Assembly: GCA_046758325.1 (NCBI GenBank)
Contig: JBHHZZ010000004.1
Coordinates: 18,035 to 82,034, forward strand
Direction of reading: 5' to 3'
Source: Thermoplasmata archaeon
Lineage (GTDB): Archaea > Thermoplasmatota > Thermoplasmata > RBG-16-68-12 > JAJISG01
Length of the DNA: 64,000 nt
Of the stretch, positions 18,933 through 28,025 are shown piece after piece. Under the pieces are notes generated by a model, which worked only from the letters and a program-made list of their open reading frames with translations, had not been told where the DNA came from and ran no database searches. A program made the position numbers and the translations under genes. Each line of letters begins with the position of its first letter. The first letter of the stretch is position 1.

Positions 18933-19322
18933 GTGAGACACGATCCCCTTAACGATGCCCTCGGCACGGTGAAAAACGCGGAGGCAAGCGGCAAGGCCGC
19001 TTGCATGATAAAACCCGCGTCCAAGCTGATAGGCCGCGTCTTGAAGGTGATGCAGGACTACGACTACATCGGCGGCTTTGAGTTCAAGGAGGATGGGAGG
19101 GGAGGCTACTTTGAGGTTAGGCTGAAGGGAAACGTGAACGACTGCGGGGTAATCAAGCCCCGGCTCTCTGTCAGGAGGATGGATCTGGAGAAGTACGAAT
19201 CTAGATACCTGCCGGCCCAGGACTTCGGCGTCCTGATCCTGACGACCACCAACGGAGTCCTCTCCCACTCTCAGGCCAAGGAGCAGGGGGTCGGGGGCCG
19301 CCTCTTGGCATACGTGTACTGA
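18933..19322 (+). CDS. rps8: 30S ribosomal protein uS8
   Basis: [40 protein letters not shown]. Confidence 0.97.
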   Translation: MRHDPLNDALGTVKNAEASGKAACMIKPASKLIGRVLKVMQDYDYIGGFEFKEDGRGGYFEVRLKGNVNDCGVIKPRLSVRRMDLEKYESRYLPAQDFGVLILTTTNGVLSHSQAKEQGVGGRLLAYVY

Positions 19323-19331
19323 GGTGATGAT

Positions 19332-19874
19332 ATGGTGGTCACCGGCATTGCTGAAGAGGCGGTGGAGATTCCGGAGGGCGTGGAGATTCAGCTCGTGGGT
19401 GACGATGTCATCGTTCGACGAGGGGACACGGTCCTCTCCAAGAGGCTCTCCCACCCGCGGGTGCAGTTAAGGCTGGAGGGGTCCACAGTGCGCGTGGAGT
19501 GCCCGCTGCCCAGGAAGAGGGAGAAGGCCCTAGTGGGCACCTATGCCTCCCACATCAGGAACATGATCAAAGGGGTCACAGAGGGCTTCACCTACACGAT
19601 GAAGGTGGTTTATGCCCACTTCCCCGTGAAGGTGACTGTAAGGGGCGATGAGGTGGTCGTCGAGAACTTCTTGGGGGAGAGACATCCGAGAACAGCAAGG
19701 ATAAGAGGAAGCACGAAGGTCGAGGTCAAGGGAGACACCCTACGCATAAGCGGTCCTGGCCTGGAGGAAGTGAGCCAGACCGCCGCCAACATCGAACAGG
19801 CTACGCGTATCAAGAACAAGGATCCCAGGGTCTTCCAGGACGGCATATACGTAGTGAGCAAGGGTGGGGCATAG
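19332..19874 (+). CDS. rpl6: 50S ribosomal protein uL6
   Basis: HIRNMIKGVTEGF, YAHFP, NFLGE, KDPRVFQDGIY. Confidence 0.97.
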   Translation: MVVTGIAEEAVEIPEGVEIQLVGDDVIVRRGDTVLSKRLSHPRVQLRLEGSTVRVECPLPRKREKALVGTYASHIRNMIKGVTEGFTYTMKVVYAHFPVKVTVRGDEVVVENFLGERHPRTARIRGSTKVEVKGDTLRISGPGLEEVSQTAANIEQATRIKNKDPRVFQDGIYVVSKGGA

Positions 19875-20501
19875 ATGCCAGAGGAAGGAGACGCTTTCCC
19901 GACGAGGACGGAGGTCAGACGGGCCAGGAAGACAGAGCTCCAAGAGTGGTGCCGGGAGTTCGACCTGGACGACTCAGGCATCGTGGTGGAGTTGAGGGAG
20001 AGACTCCTCGACTTCCTGGAGTCCCTGGAAGAGGAAGAGGCGGAGCTTGAGGAGGAGATAGAGGTCGTAGAGGAGGCCGAGGAAGAGGTCTACATGGTCA
20101 GACAGAAGCCGGTCCTCGCGCCCGAGGCGACCCAGCTCCTCGCCCTCAGGGCGCGGCTACAGAAGAGGAGGCCCAACTTCCGCCGCCAGGAGTGGTTTCG
20201 GTACCACAAGCTGGGGGAGAAGTGGAGGAGGCCAAGAGGGAGACACTCGAAGCTTCGGCGGCACCTTAAGTACAGGAGCTCCTTGCCTTCCGTGGGTTAC
20301 CGGGGGCCTAGAGAGACGCGAGGCCTGCACCCGTCGGGCTTCAGGGAGGTTCTGGTCCACAAGCCAGAAGACCTGGAGGGTCTGGACTCGAAGACCCAGG
20401 CCGCCCGCATAGGCCATGCCGTGGGTACGAGGAAGCGCATCTCCATCCAAGATAGGGCCGATGAGCTTGGGATAAGAATCCTCAACAGGGTGGTGGAGTG
20501 A
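19875..20501 (+). CDS. rpl32e: 50S ribosomal protein eL32 with N-terminal SAP-like extension
   Basis: FRRQEW, WRRPRG.HSK, GYRGP, RGLHPSGF, IGHAVG. Confidence 0.96.
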   Translation: MPEEGDAFPTRTEVRRARKTELQEWCREFDLDDSGIVVELRERLLDFLESLEEEEAELEEEIEVVEEAEEEVYMVRQKPVLAPEATQLLALRARLQKRRPNFRRQEWFRYHKLGEKWRRPRGRHSKLRRHLKYRSSLPSVGYRGPRETRGLHPSGFREVLVHKPEDLEGLDSKTQAARIGHAVGTRKRISIQDRADELGIRILNRVVE

Positions 20502-20953
20502 ACCTTAAGAACCAGAGGAGAATGGCCGCCGAGATCCTCAAATGTGGCGAGAACAGGGTCTGGATAGACCCCAACAGGATGGAGGAGGTAGAGGATGCCA
20601 TCACCCGGGATGACGTCCGGGCAGCCATCCAGGCGGGGACCGTTAGAAAGCTACCCGTTCTAGGGCAGTCCCGAGGCCGGATTCGCTACAGGGCCGCCCA
20701 GAAGAAAAAGGGCAGGCGACGGGGACCCGGGAGCCGCAAGGGGGCTGAGGGGGCCCGAAGCCCGAGGAAGGCCCGCTGGATGAAGACTATCAGAGCCTTG
20801 AGGAGGGTTCTCAAGGGACTCAGAGATGACGGTAAGCTGGAGCGCAGTGCCTACAGAAAGCTCGTCCTGAAAGCCAAGGGAGGCATGTACCGGAGCAAGG
20901 CCCATCTGCTGCAGCACCTGAAGACCGAGGGCTACATCAAGGAGGAGGAGTGA
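20498..20953 (+). CDS. rpl19e: 50S ribosomal protein eL19
   Basis: QRRMAAEILKCGENRVWIDP, GRRRGPGSRKG, WMKTIR. Confidence 0.97.
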   Translation: MNLKNQRRMAAEILKCGENRVWIDPNRMEEVEDAITRDDVRAAIQAGTVRKLPVLGQSRGRIRYRAAQKKKGRRRGPGSRKGAEGARSPRKARWMKTIRALRRVLKGLRDDGKLERSAYRKLVLKAKGGMYRSKAHLLQHLKTEGYIKEEE

Positions 20954-21453
20954 TGTCCAAAGGTCCTCGATACCGGGCGCCCTTCCGGAGACGCCGGGAA
21001 GGAAGAACCGACTACAGGAAGAGGCTGGGCCTCCTGAGGAGTGGCAGGCCCAGGGCTGTCGTTAGGAAGACCCTCTCCAACACCATCGTGCAGTTTGTCA
21101 TCTACACCCCCGAGGGAGATCGGATCGTGACCTCAGCCGTCTCCAAGGAGCTGGAGCGCTATGCCTGGAAAGTTCCGAGGGGAAGCGTGCCCGCTGCCTA
21201 TCTCACGGGATACCTAGCGGGCAAGCGGGCCCTGGAGGCGGGGCTGAAGGAGGCCGTCCTGGATATAGGCCTGCACCCTCCCACACGCGGAGGCCGTGTG
21301 TTTGCCGCCCTGAAGGGAGTCCTCGACGCGGGAATTCAGGTACCCCATGATGACGACATCCTCCCGGAGGAAGCGAGGATAAGGGGCGACCACATCTCCA
21401 AGGACGTGGTGAAACTCTTCGGTGAGGTCAAGGCGAAGTTGGAGGCCCTCTGA
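20953..21453 (+). CDS. rpl18: 50S ribosomal protein uL18
   Basis: GPRYRAPFRRRREGRTDY, PAAYLTG, VLDIGL. Confidence 0.97.
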   Translation: MSKGPRYRAPFRRRREGRTDYRKRLGLLRSGRPRAVVRKTLSNTIVQFVIYTPEGDRIVTSAVSKELERYAWKVPRGSVPAAYLTGYLAGKRALEAGLKEAVLDIGLHPPTRGGRVFAALKGVLDAGIQVPHDDDILPEEARIRGDHISKDVVKLFGEVKAKLEAL

Positions 21454-22298
21454 TGAAGGTCGTTGAGGAATGGATTCCAAAGACAGCCCTGGGCAAGTTG
21501 GTCGTGAGGGGCGAGGTGAGGACCATGGCTCAGGCCCTCAGGACGGGCCTACCCATTCGTGAACCCGAGATCGTGGACATACTGCTCCCAGAGCTGGATG
21601 ACGAGGTTCTGGACGTGAACATGGTTCAGAGAATGACAGACTCTGGCAGGAGAATCAACTTCGTCATCACAGTTGTAGTGGGCAATGGTGATGGCTACGT
21701 CGGCCTTGGAATGGTCCGCGGAAAGGAGGTGGGACCCGCCATCAGGAAAGCCATCGACAACGCCAAACTCAACATCATCGAGATCAAGAGGGGCTGCGGT
21801 TCATGGGAATGCGGTTGCTTCAGCCCCCACACGCTGCCCTTCAAGGTGTTGGGCAAGAGTGGTTCCGTGGAGGTCACCCTCAAGCCGGCACCCAGGGGCG
21901 TTGGTCTGGCGGTGGCCGACGTGGCAAAGAGTGTGATCAGGCTTTCCGGGGTCGAGGATGTCTGGGGTTTCGCCAAGGGTCACACGAAGACCACTGTAAA
22001 CTATGCCTATGCGACCTTCGATGCCCTAAGGAGAACGATGGAGTTCAAGATCACTGAGGAGCAGGCAGAGAACCTCCACATATTCTATGGCCCGGCGGAG
22101 CCTTACGAGGTTGACTTCTCGGCCTTGACTGAGCCAGAGCCCTCCGTGGAAGCGACTGTCGAGGCCGAGGAACGAGAAGAGGCACCGGAGGAAGGCAAGG
22201 CAGAGGCAGGCGAGGGCGAAGAGGCGGTGGAGAAGAGCAAGGAAGGGGCAAGCAAGGGTGAGGAGGCAGCGGAGAAGAAGAAAGGGGAGGAGGAATGA
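21453..22298 (+). CDS. rps5: 30S ribosomal protein uS5 with acidic C-terminal tail
   Basis: WIPKTALG, VQRMTDSGRR, RGCGSWECGC, PAPRGVGL. Confidence 0.97.
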   Translation: MKVVEEWIPKTALGKLVVRGEVRTMAQALRTGLPIREPEIVDILLPELDDEVLDVNMVQRMTDSGRRINFVITVVVGNGDGYVGLGMVRGKEVGPAIRKAIDNAKLNIIEIKRGCGSWECGCFSPHTLPFKVLGKSGSVEVTLKPAPRGVGLAVADVAKSVIRLSGVEDVWGFAKGHTKTTVNYAYATFDALRRTMEFKITEEQAENLHIFYGPAEPYEVDFSALTEPEPSVEATVEAEEREEAPEEGKAEAGEGEEAVEKSKEGASKGEEAAEKKKGEEE

Positions 22299-22762
22299 GC
22301 CTAGCGGTCGTCAGAGTCAGGGGAACGGTCAATGTTCGAGGGGAGGTCAAGGACACCCTGAGGATGCTCCGTCTCAACAGACCGAACCACTGCGTGGTGT
22401 TGTCGCCTCGAGAGACCTACAGGGGTATGCTGCAGAAGGCCAAGGACTACATTACGTGGGGGGAGGTGAGCCCGGAAGTGCTCTCCCAGCTTCTGGCCAC
22501 CAGGGGTCGCCTGTCGGGAAACAAGCCCCTGACGGAGGACTACGTGAAGACGGTCCTCGGTTTCCCCTCCTTCGATGCGCTGGCGAGGGCCATCGTCAAG
22601 GGTGAGGTGGAGCTGGACGATCTGGAGGACGTCAAACCTGTCTTTCGCCTGGGGCCGCCGCGGAAGGGATACGAGGGGACAAAGAGGTCCTACGCTGACC
22701 GCGGGGCCCTCGGCTACAGGGGAGAGGCCATCAACGGCTTGATAGTGAGGATGCTGGGGTAG
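22295..22762 (+). CDS. rpl30: 50S ribosomal protein uL30
   Basis: AVVRVRG, LRLNRPNH, KDYITWGE, FRLGPPRKG. Confidence 0.97.
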   Translation: MSLAVVRVRGTVNVRGEVKDTLRMLRLNRPNHCVVLSPRETYRGMLQKAKDYITWGEVSPEVLSQLLATRGRLSGNKPLTEDYVKTVLGFPSFDALARAIVKGEVELDDLEDVKPVFRLGPPRKGYEGTKRSYADRGALGYRGEAINGLIVRMLG

Positions 22763-22766
22763 GACC

Positions 22767-23201
22767 ATGGGCAGGACGAAGAGGCTCCGGGGATACAGGA
22801 CCCACGGCAGGGGCCAGAAGGCCGGAAGGGGCAAGGGTAAGCGAGGTGGCCGCGGCATGGCAGGTCTCCTCAAGCACAAGTTCAAGTGGATGATCAAGTA
22901 CGATCCTGATCACTTCGGAAGTAGAGGCTTCAAGAGGCCCAAGGGTCTCAAGAGGCCCGTAAGGACGCTGAACCTGGGGGAGCTACAGGAGTCGATGGAG
23001 GGTTTTGTACAGAAGGGGTTCGCGCAGCGGCGGGACGGAGGATATGAGGTAAACCTGACGGCCGCAGGCATTCAAAAGCTCCTCGGAAGGGGAAACGTTA
23101 ATGTCCCGCTAAGGATAATTGTCCCATCGGCGACTGCCAAGGCCACGGAGAAGGTGGAAAAGGCTGGTGGCGAACTGGTCTTGGGGCCAACAGAGGGGTA
23201 G
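22767..23201 (+). CDS. rpl15: 50S ribosomal protein uL15
   Basis: RGYRTHGRG, GGRGMAG..KHK, KLLGRG, AGG. Confidence 0.97.
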   Translation: MGRTKRLRGYRTHGRGQKAGRGKGKRGGRGMAGLLKHKFKWMIKYDPDHFGSRGFKRPKGLKRPVRTLNLGELQESMEGFVQKGFAQRRDGGYEVNLTAAGIQKLLGRGNVNVPLRIIVPSATAKATEKVEKAGGELVLGPTEG

Positions 23202-23204
23202 TCC

Positions 23205-24791
23205 TTGATCCCAACTCCTGAGGGAAGAAGCCTCCTTTACAAGCTGAGGCCGATTACAGACAGGCTTCCTGCGGTGACGAGGCCAGAGGGCCACGTCCAC
23301 TTTAGGACCAAGATGATCTGGGTCCTCGTCGTCCTCGTACTCTACTTCGCCCTCACGAATGTTTACATCTATGGCCTGGACCGAGGCCAGGTCGTGGACT
23401 TCTTCCGCAGCCTGAGAGCCATCCTAGCAGGGGCCCAGGGCTCCATCCTCCACCTGGGAATCGGCCCCATCGTGACCGCCTCTATCATCCTACAGCTCTT
23501 CGCCGGAGCAAAGATCATCCGCCTAGACCTGACGAAGGAGGAGGACAAGGCGATCTATCAGGGCACTCAGAAGTTCCTGGTCATCGTCATGATAGTCGTC
23601 GAGTCCATCCCCCAGGTCTTCGGGTTCCTCCGGCCTTCCCAGGCCTTTGTGGAGATGCTTGACGTCTCCGTTGCGGGGTACGGGGATATGCTTGCCAAGG
23701 CCATCATCGTCATCCAGCTGTGCATCGGCAGCTACCTGATCTTCCTGATGGATGAGGTGGTATCCAAGTGGGGCATAGGGAGCGGTATCTCCCTATTCAT
23801 AGCCGCTGGCGTGTCTCAGGCCATCTTCACGGGTACCTTCAACTGGATGCCAGCGAACCCAGGGGATCCGACACCCGCTGGCACCATACCCAAGACGCTC
23901 TACTACCTGCAGACCATGAGCGCCCAGGAGATATCCTCCGGAGGATACGAGGTCATCCTCTTGAGGGAGCCCAACCCCCTCATCGCCCTGGTGAGCACGG
24001 TGATCATCTTCCTCCTCGTGGCCTATGCCGAGTCGACCCGAATTGAGCTGCCCCTTGCTCATGGGATGGCCAGGGGGGCCAGGGGGAGGTATCCCTTCAA
24101 GCTGATCTACGCCTCAGTCCTTCCCGTCATCCTAGTGACCGCGGTCCTGGCCAACGTAAGCATGTTCACGCTTCTCTTCTGGCAGAACCCGGATTGGCCC
24201 CTGGTGGGCAGACAGTACTGGATGGGTGCCTACGCCGATCCGGCTGGAGACCTAGTGAGAAACAACATCATCCGGCCCACTACCCCCATAGGCGGCGTGG
24301 CCTACTATATGTCCACCATCAACGGTTTGAGGGACTGGCTTCTTCCCCTGGTGGCTCCAGACAGGTACGGGGCCATTTACGCAGCCTTTGACAAGACGCC
24401 TCTTCAGATCCTCATTCATGTCATCGTCTACGTTAGTGTCTTCGTCGTCGGCTCCATAATATTCGCCAGGTTCTGGATTGAGACTACAGGAATGGGCCCG
24501 GAAGGGGTCGCCAAACAGATACAGTCCAGTGGCCTGCAGATTCCAGGGTTCCGGAGGGATCCCAGGGTGCTGAAGAGGATCCTGGAGCGCTACATACCCG
24601 TGGTGACCGTCATCAGTGGGGCTGCCGTTGGAGTCCTGGCGGTGGGCGCTGACCTTTTCGGAACTGTTGGCAACGCCAGTGGGACCGGTGTCCTGCTAGC
24701 CGTTGGCATTCTGATCCAGTTCTACGAGGCCATCGGGAAGGAGCAGATGATGGAGATGCATCCTCTGCTGAGGAACTTCTTCGGCTCATAG
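23205..24791 (+). CDS. secY: Preprotein translocase subunit SecY
   Basis: LGIGPIVTASIILQL, DEVVSKWGIGSGISLFI, YPFKLIYAS, QIPGFR, GTGVLL. Confidence 0.98.
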   Translation: MIPTPEGRSLLYKLRPITDRLPAVTRPEGHVHFRTKMIWVLVVLVLYFALTNVYIYGLDRGQVVDFFRSLRAILAGAQGSILHLGIGPIVTASIILQLFAGAKIIRLDLTKEEDKAIYQGTQKFLVIVMIVVESIPQVFGFLRPSQAFVEMLDVSVAGYGDMLAKAIIVIQLCIGSYLIFLMDEVVSKWGIGSGISLFIAAGVSQAIFTGTFNWMPANPGDPTPAGTIPKTLYYLQTMSAQEISSGGYEVILLREPNPLIALVSTVIIFLLVAYAESTRIELPLAHGMARGARGRYPFKLIYASVLPVILVTAVLANVSMFTLLFWQNPDWPLVGRQYWMGAYADPAGDLVRNNIIRPTTPIGGVAYYMSTINGLRDWLLPLVAPDRYGAIYAAFDKTPLQILIHVIVYVSVFVVGSIIFARFWIETTGMGPEGVAKQIQSSGLQIPGFRRDPRVLKRILERYIPVVTVISGAAVGVLAVGADLFGTVGNASGTGVLLAVGILIQFYEAIGKEQMMEMHPLLRNFFGS

Positions 24792-24891
24792 ACGAGAATG
24801 AGGCCTTCCCTCCTCCATCAACTCGTGGGGCCCGGAAGGGATTGGACGATTCAGATCGATTCTCCCGTTTCCTCCTCGCATTTCGGACCGG

Positions 24892-26286
24892 CTATCTCGA
24901 TGCACCAGTAGCCGCCCCGCGGGACATCGCGTCCACAGGATGGTTCCCGAACCAGAAGTACCAGAGCACAGCATGGCCCACGTAGAGGGCGCCACCGAAG
25001 AGGAAAGCCGACCAGAAACCCCCGAACTCCAACAGCAGGCCTGCGAAAAAGATCGAGCCTCCGTAGAACAGGTCGAAGGCCGCATGCGTAAAGCCGGCCG
25101 TGGTGGCTCGCTCCTGCTCTTCCACGACCTCCATGCTGAAGGCACCGCTCACCGGAAAGGCCATGCTGGACAGGGCGCCGCGCATGACGAAGAAGAGCAC
25201 GACGAGGAGGAGGCTGGGGGTAAGGGCGAGGGCGGCAAGGAAGGGGACCGCGAGGAGTCGCGTAAATACGATTGTGCGCACCTTCCCCCACCGGCGCACG
25301 AGGAGGGGTACCGCCAGGATGGCTGAAGCGATGGCCACGTTGTTCATGGCGACGATGGGACCGAAACCCGTGGCATCGATGCCGTAGGAGTGCTCGAAAT
25401 GTAGGTTGAGGAGGGGGAAGTAGAGTCCGAGTCCCGCAGCGTAACCGAGGGCGATGGTGGAGAGCCTCCCGACGGTTCCCTTGTTCTCCACGTGACGCAG
25501 CAGGAAAACGTCTCGCAGGGGAACGAGGACGGGCGCGTAGGACTCGCGCATGAAGGCGAGGGGAATGAGTTCAACCAGGCCGAAGGGGACCGCCATGAAG
25601 AGCGTGAGTCTTAGGGCAATAGCCCGGTCCGTCCCAAAGGCAAAGGAGCCCAACAGGGTGCCGTCGAGGCCTCCCACCCATGTCTGGAAGATGAGAGGCA
25701 GAAGTCCCCCCAGCAGAGCGCCGACGACGGTGGATACGGTGGTTAGGACGCCGCTAAGAGAGAAGAGGTGTATCCGCTCCTCCTCGCGGCTGTTCTCCAT
25801 CATAAAGGGACCTCCGACCACCCCGTGGAAGGCTTCCCCGATCCCGACTATGACAGCAAGGGTCAGAAGGAAAAGGGGATCGGCGGTGACCAGTATGGCG
25901 GCTCCCGAAAAAACGGCCACCAGGCTCGCGGCGATGAAGCTTCTCTTACGGCCGAACTTATCTCCCAGGAATCCCGATGGCAGGGAGTTGGCGCCATGGG
26001 CCATGGCCTGGGCGGACAGGGTCAAGCCGATAAAGGCGAACACGCCGAAGCTCACGCCTAGGATCTTGACCCGAGGACTGAATATCTCCTCCAGATAGAA
26101 GGCGAAGGCGACCAGAAAGATGCTGGAATTGACGCCTGAGAGAGTCGCATAGACGAGATAAAGCTTCGCGTTCTTGCTGAATCGACGTATAGCCGCCCGG
26201 TATGTCAGGTTACCATGCGAAGAGTCCTCCAAGTCGTCGGGTCCCCTGCTGCTGGCCAAGAGCTCTCCGCGGGGCCTAGGCTGCAA
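24892..26286 (-). CDS. MFS transporter
   Basis: GFLGDKFGRKR motif A, ~12 TMs; true start uncertain. Confidence 0.88.
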   Translation of the reverse strand: MQPRPRGELLASSRGPDDLEDSSHGNLTYRAAIRRFSKNAKLYLVYATLSGVNSSIFLVAFAFYLEEIFSPRVKILGVSFGVFAFIGLTLSAQAMAHGANSLPSGFLGDKFGRKRSFIAASLVAVFSGAAILVTADPLFLLTLAVIVGIGEAFHGVVGGPFMMENSREEERIHLFSLSGVLTTVSTVVGALLGGLLPLIFQTWVGGLDGTLLGSFAFGTDRAIALRLTLFMAVPFGLVELIPLAFMRESYAPVLVPLRDVFLLRHVENKGTVGRLSTIALGYAAGLGLYFPLLNLHFEHSYGIDATGFGPIVAMNNVAIASAILAVPLLVRRWGKVRTIVFTRLLAVPFLAALALTPSLLLVVLFFVMRGALSSMAFPVSGAFSMEVVEEQERATTAGFTHAAFDLFYGGSIFFAGLLLEFGGFWSAFLFGGALYVGHAVLWYFWFGNHPVDAMSRGAATGASR

Positions 26287-26397
26287 AGCGGGTTAAAGTT
26301 TCTGAGCTCCATTATCATACACAATCAGGAGCTCCAAGACAGGCGATTGTGGCGTCGTCTGGCAGACCGCCAGAGCGCTCAGGGATGACTGATGCAG

Positions 26398-27327
26398 TCA
26401 GCGGCCGGCTGCAATGAGTCGGATCAGGAGGGCTTTCTGAACGTGAAGCCTGTTTTCCGCTTGATCCCAGACCAAGGAGGTATCGCTATCGATGACCTCG
26501 TCCGTGATTTCCTGACCTCTGTGCGCCGGGAGACAGTGCATCACTAGGACATTCTCGTCGGCGGCTTCCAGCAGCTCGCGATTCACCTGGTAGGGGTGAA
26601 ACGACCTTTCCCGCTCTCCTCGCTCCTCCTCCATTCCCATGGATACCCAGACATCCGTGTAAACTATGTCCGCTCCCCTGACAGCCTCCCGGGGGTCTGT
26701 GGTGATCTCAACCCTACCACCGTGCTCGGATGCGATCCTCTTGGCCTGCTTCAGTATTTGCCCGTCAGGCTCGTATCCTTGAGGACAGGCGGCGCTCATG
26801 TCCATGCCTACCAGCGCGCAGCCCAAGAGTAGGGAGTTACACACGTTGTTTCCGTCTCCCACGTAGGCCAGTTTGAGCCCCTGCAACCTGTCCCTGGCCT
26901 CCCTGATGGTGAAGAGGTCGGATATGATCTGACAGGGGTGTTCGAGGTCGTCCAACCCGTTTATGACCGGCACGGAGGCTGCCTCTGCCAGTCTTACCAT
27001 GTTTTCGTGACTGTAGGCTCGATAGAGAATAGCGTCCACATACCTGCTCAAGACGCGGGCGGTGTCTTCGATGGTCTCACCACGGCCGAGCTGAAGGTCC
27101 TGGGGATTGAGGTAGACGGCCAACCCACCCAGCTGGCCCATCCCAACCTCGAAGGATATCCTGGTCCTCGTGCTGGGCTTTTCAAAGATCATTGCCAGGG
27201 TCTTCGACCGCAGGGGATGGTGAATCTCCTCTTTCTTCAGAAGGCCTTTGAGTCTCTGAGCCTCGTCGAGGATGACGGTCAAGTCCTCCGCGGCATCGAG
27301 AACGGAGACCAGATTCCTTTTAGCCAC
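26398..27327 (-). CDS. argF: Ornithine carbamoyltransferase
   Basis: FEKPSTRTR, HPCQ, GDGNNV, TDVWVSMG, HCLP, QAENR. Confidence 0.97.
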   Translation of the reverse strand: MAKRNLVSVLDAAEDLTVILDEAQRLKGLLKKEEIHHPLRSKTLAMIFEKPSTRTRISFEVGMGQLGGLAVYLNPQDLQLGRGETIEDTARVLSRYVDAILYRAYSHENMVRLAEAASVPVINGLDDLEHPCQIISDLFTIREARDRLQGLKLAYVGDGNNVCNSLLLGCALVGMDMSAACPQGYEPDGQILKQAKRIASEHGGRVEITTDPREAVRGADIVYTDVWVSMGMEEERGERERSFHPYQVNRELLEAADENVLVMHCLPAHRGQEITDEVIDSDTSLVWDQAENRLHVQKALLIRLIAAGR

Positions 27328-27446
27328 AAGGGGGTCTCAACTCAGGAGGCCACTTAAACCTTGTTGGCTAGCGGTGGGCGTCTCCTTCTGGAACCATGAG
27401 GATCGTCATCATCAAGAGTTAAATAGGTTCCGTTCATCGGCTCTCC

Positions 27447-27650
27447 GTGGACTTCCTCGAAGGGCCCGAGGATCCCTCGAAGGCCAGAAAGAAGAAGGTG
27501 GGCAAGGTTCTGGGCGTTTTCGGTCTCCTCCTCCTCTTTGGCTCCGCCCTCTCCACCCTCTTCGTTCCCCCAGGCTGGGAGACTTTCACTGTAGCCCTAA
27601 TAGCCAGCGGCGCGGGCATCATAATGGTCAGCTACTTCCTCGTCAGGTAG
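27447..27650 (+). CDS. Small two-TM membrane protein
   Basis: Basic patch followed by two hydrophobic helices; TTAAATA box ~25 nt upstream. Confidence 0.65.
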   Translation: MDFLEGPEDPSKARKKKVGKVLGVFGLLLLFGSALSTLFVPPGWETFTVALIASGAGIIMVSYFLVR

Positions 27651-27698
27651 TGTTCTCGCCAAAAGACCTTTATCGACGCGACGGATGTATATGACAGC

Positions 27699-27800
27699 GG
27701 CCGGGATGGGGTAGAGGATATCCTGGGGGACTGTGGATCCCCTGACCCGAGTTCAATAGGCCGTGACGTTCGGTCTGGCCTGAAGGTCTCGGTCCCGGCC
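27699..27800 (+). tRNA. tRNA-His (GUG) with genome-encoded G-1 and a 29-nt intron at position 59/60 (27758-27786)
   Basis: Acceptor GCCGGGA/TCCCGGC, anticodon loop CTGTGGA, T-stem CCGAG/CTCGG; strict BHB (TTCA/TGAA helix, ATA and GGT bulges); splicing restores T-loop TTCAATT. Confidence 0.93.
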
Positions 27801-28025
27801 CTCTACACCAGGAGTCCATATGTTCTTTCGGGAGAGGACGTGTCAACAGCCGGCATCACGAGTTATGCGGCCGTCTATCCTCGACCATGATTAGGAAGAA
27901 GGAAGCGTCATCGGGCAGCCTATCATTCAGCTGCATCCGAACGGCGAGAGAAGGCTTTTATACGTGCAATCGCTTGATTCACCCGTTCGGGAGAAGATAA
28001 ATCCTGAGCAGCGCGAGGCGGTGCG

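Noticed and set aside
24792-24891. Absence of adk/cmk/L14e after secY
   Set aside because: Operon breakage at this point is common and not informative by itself
27801-28025. Possible integrated element downstream of tRNA-His
   Set aside because: No integrase and no repeated tRNA 3' end seen; ileS follows directly
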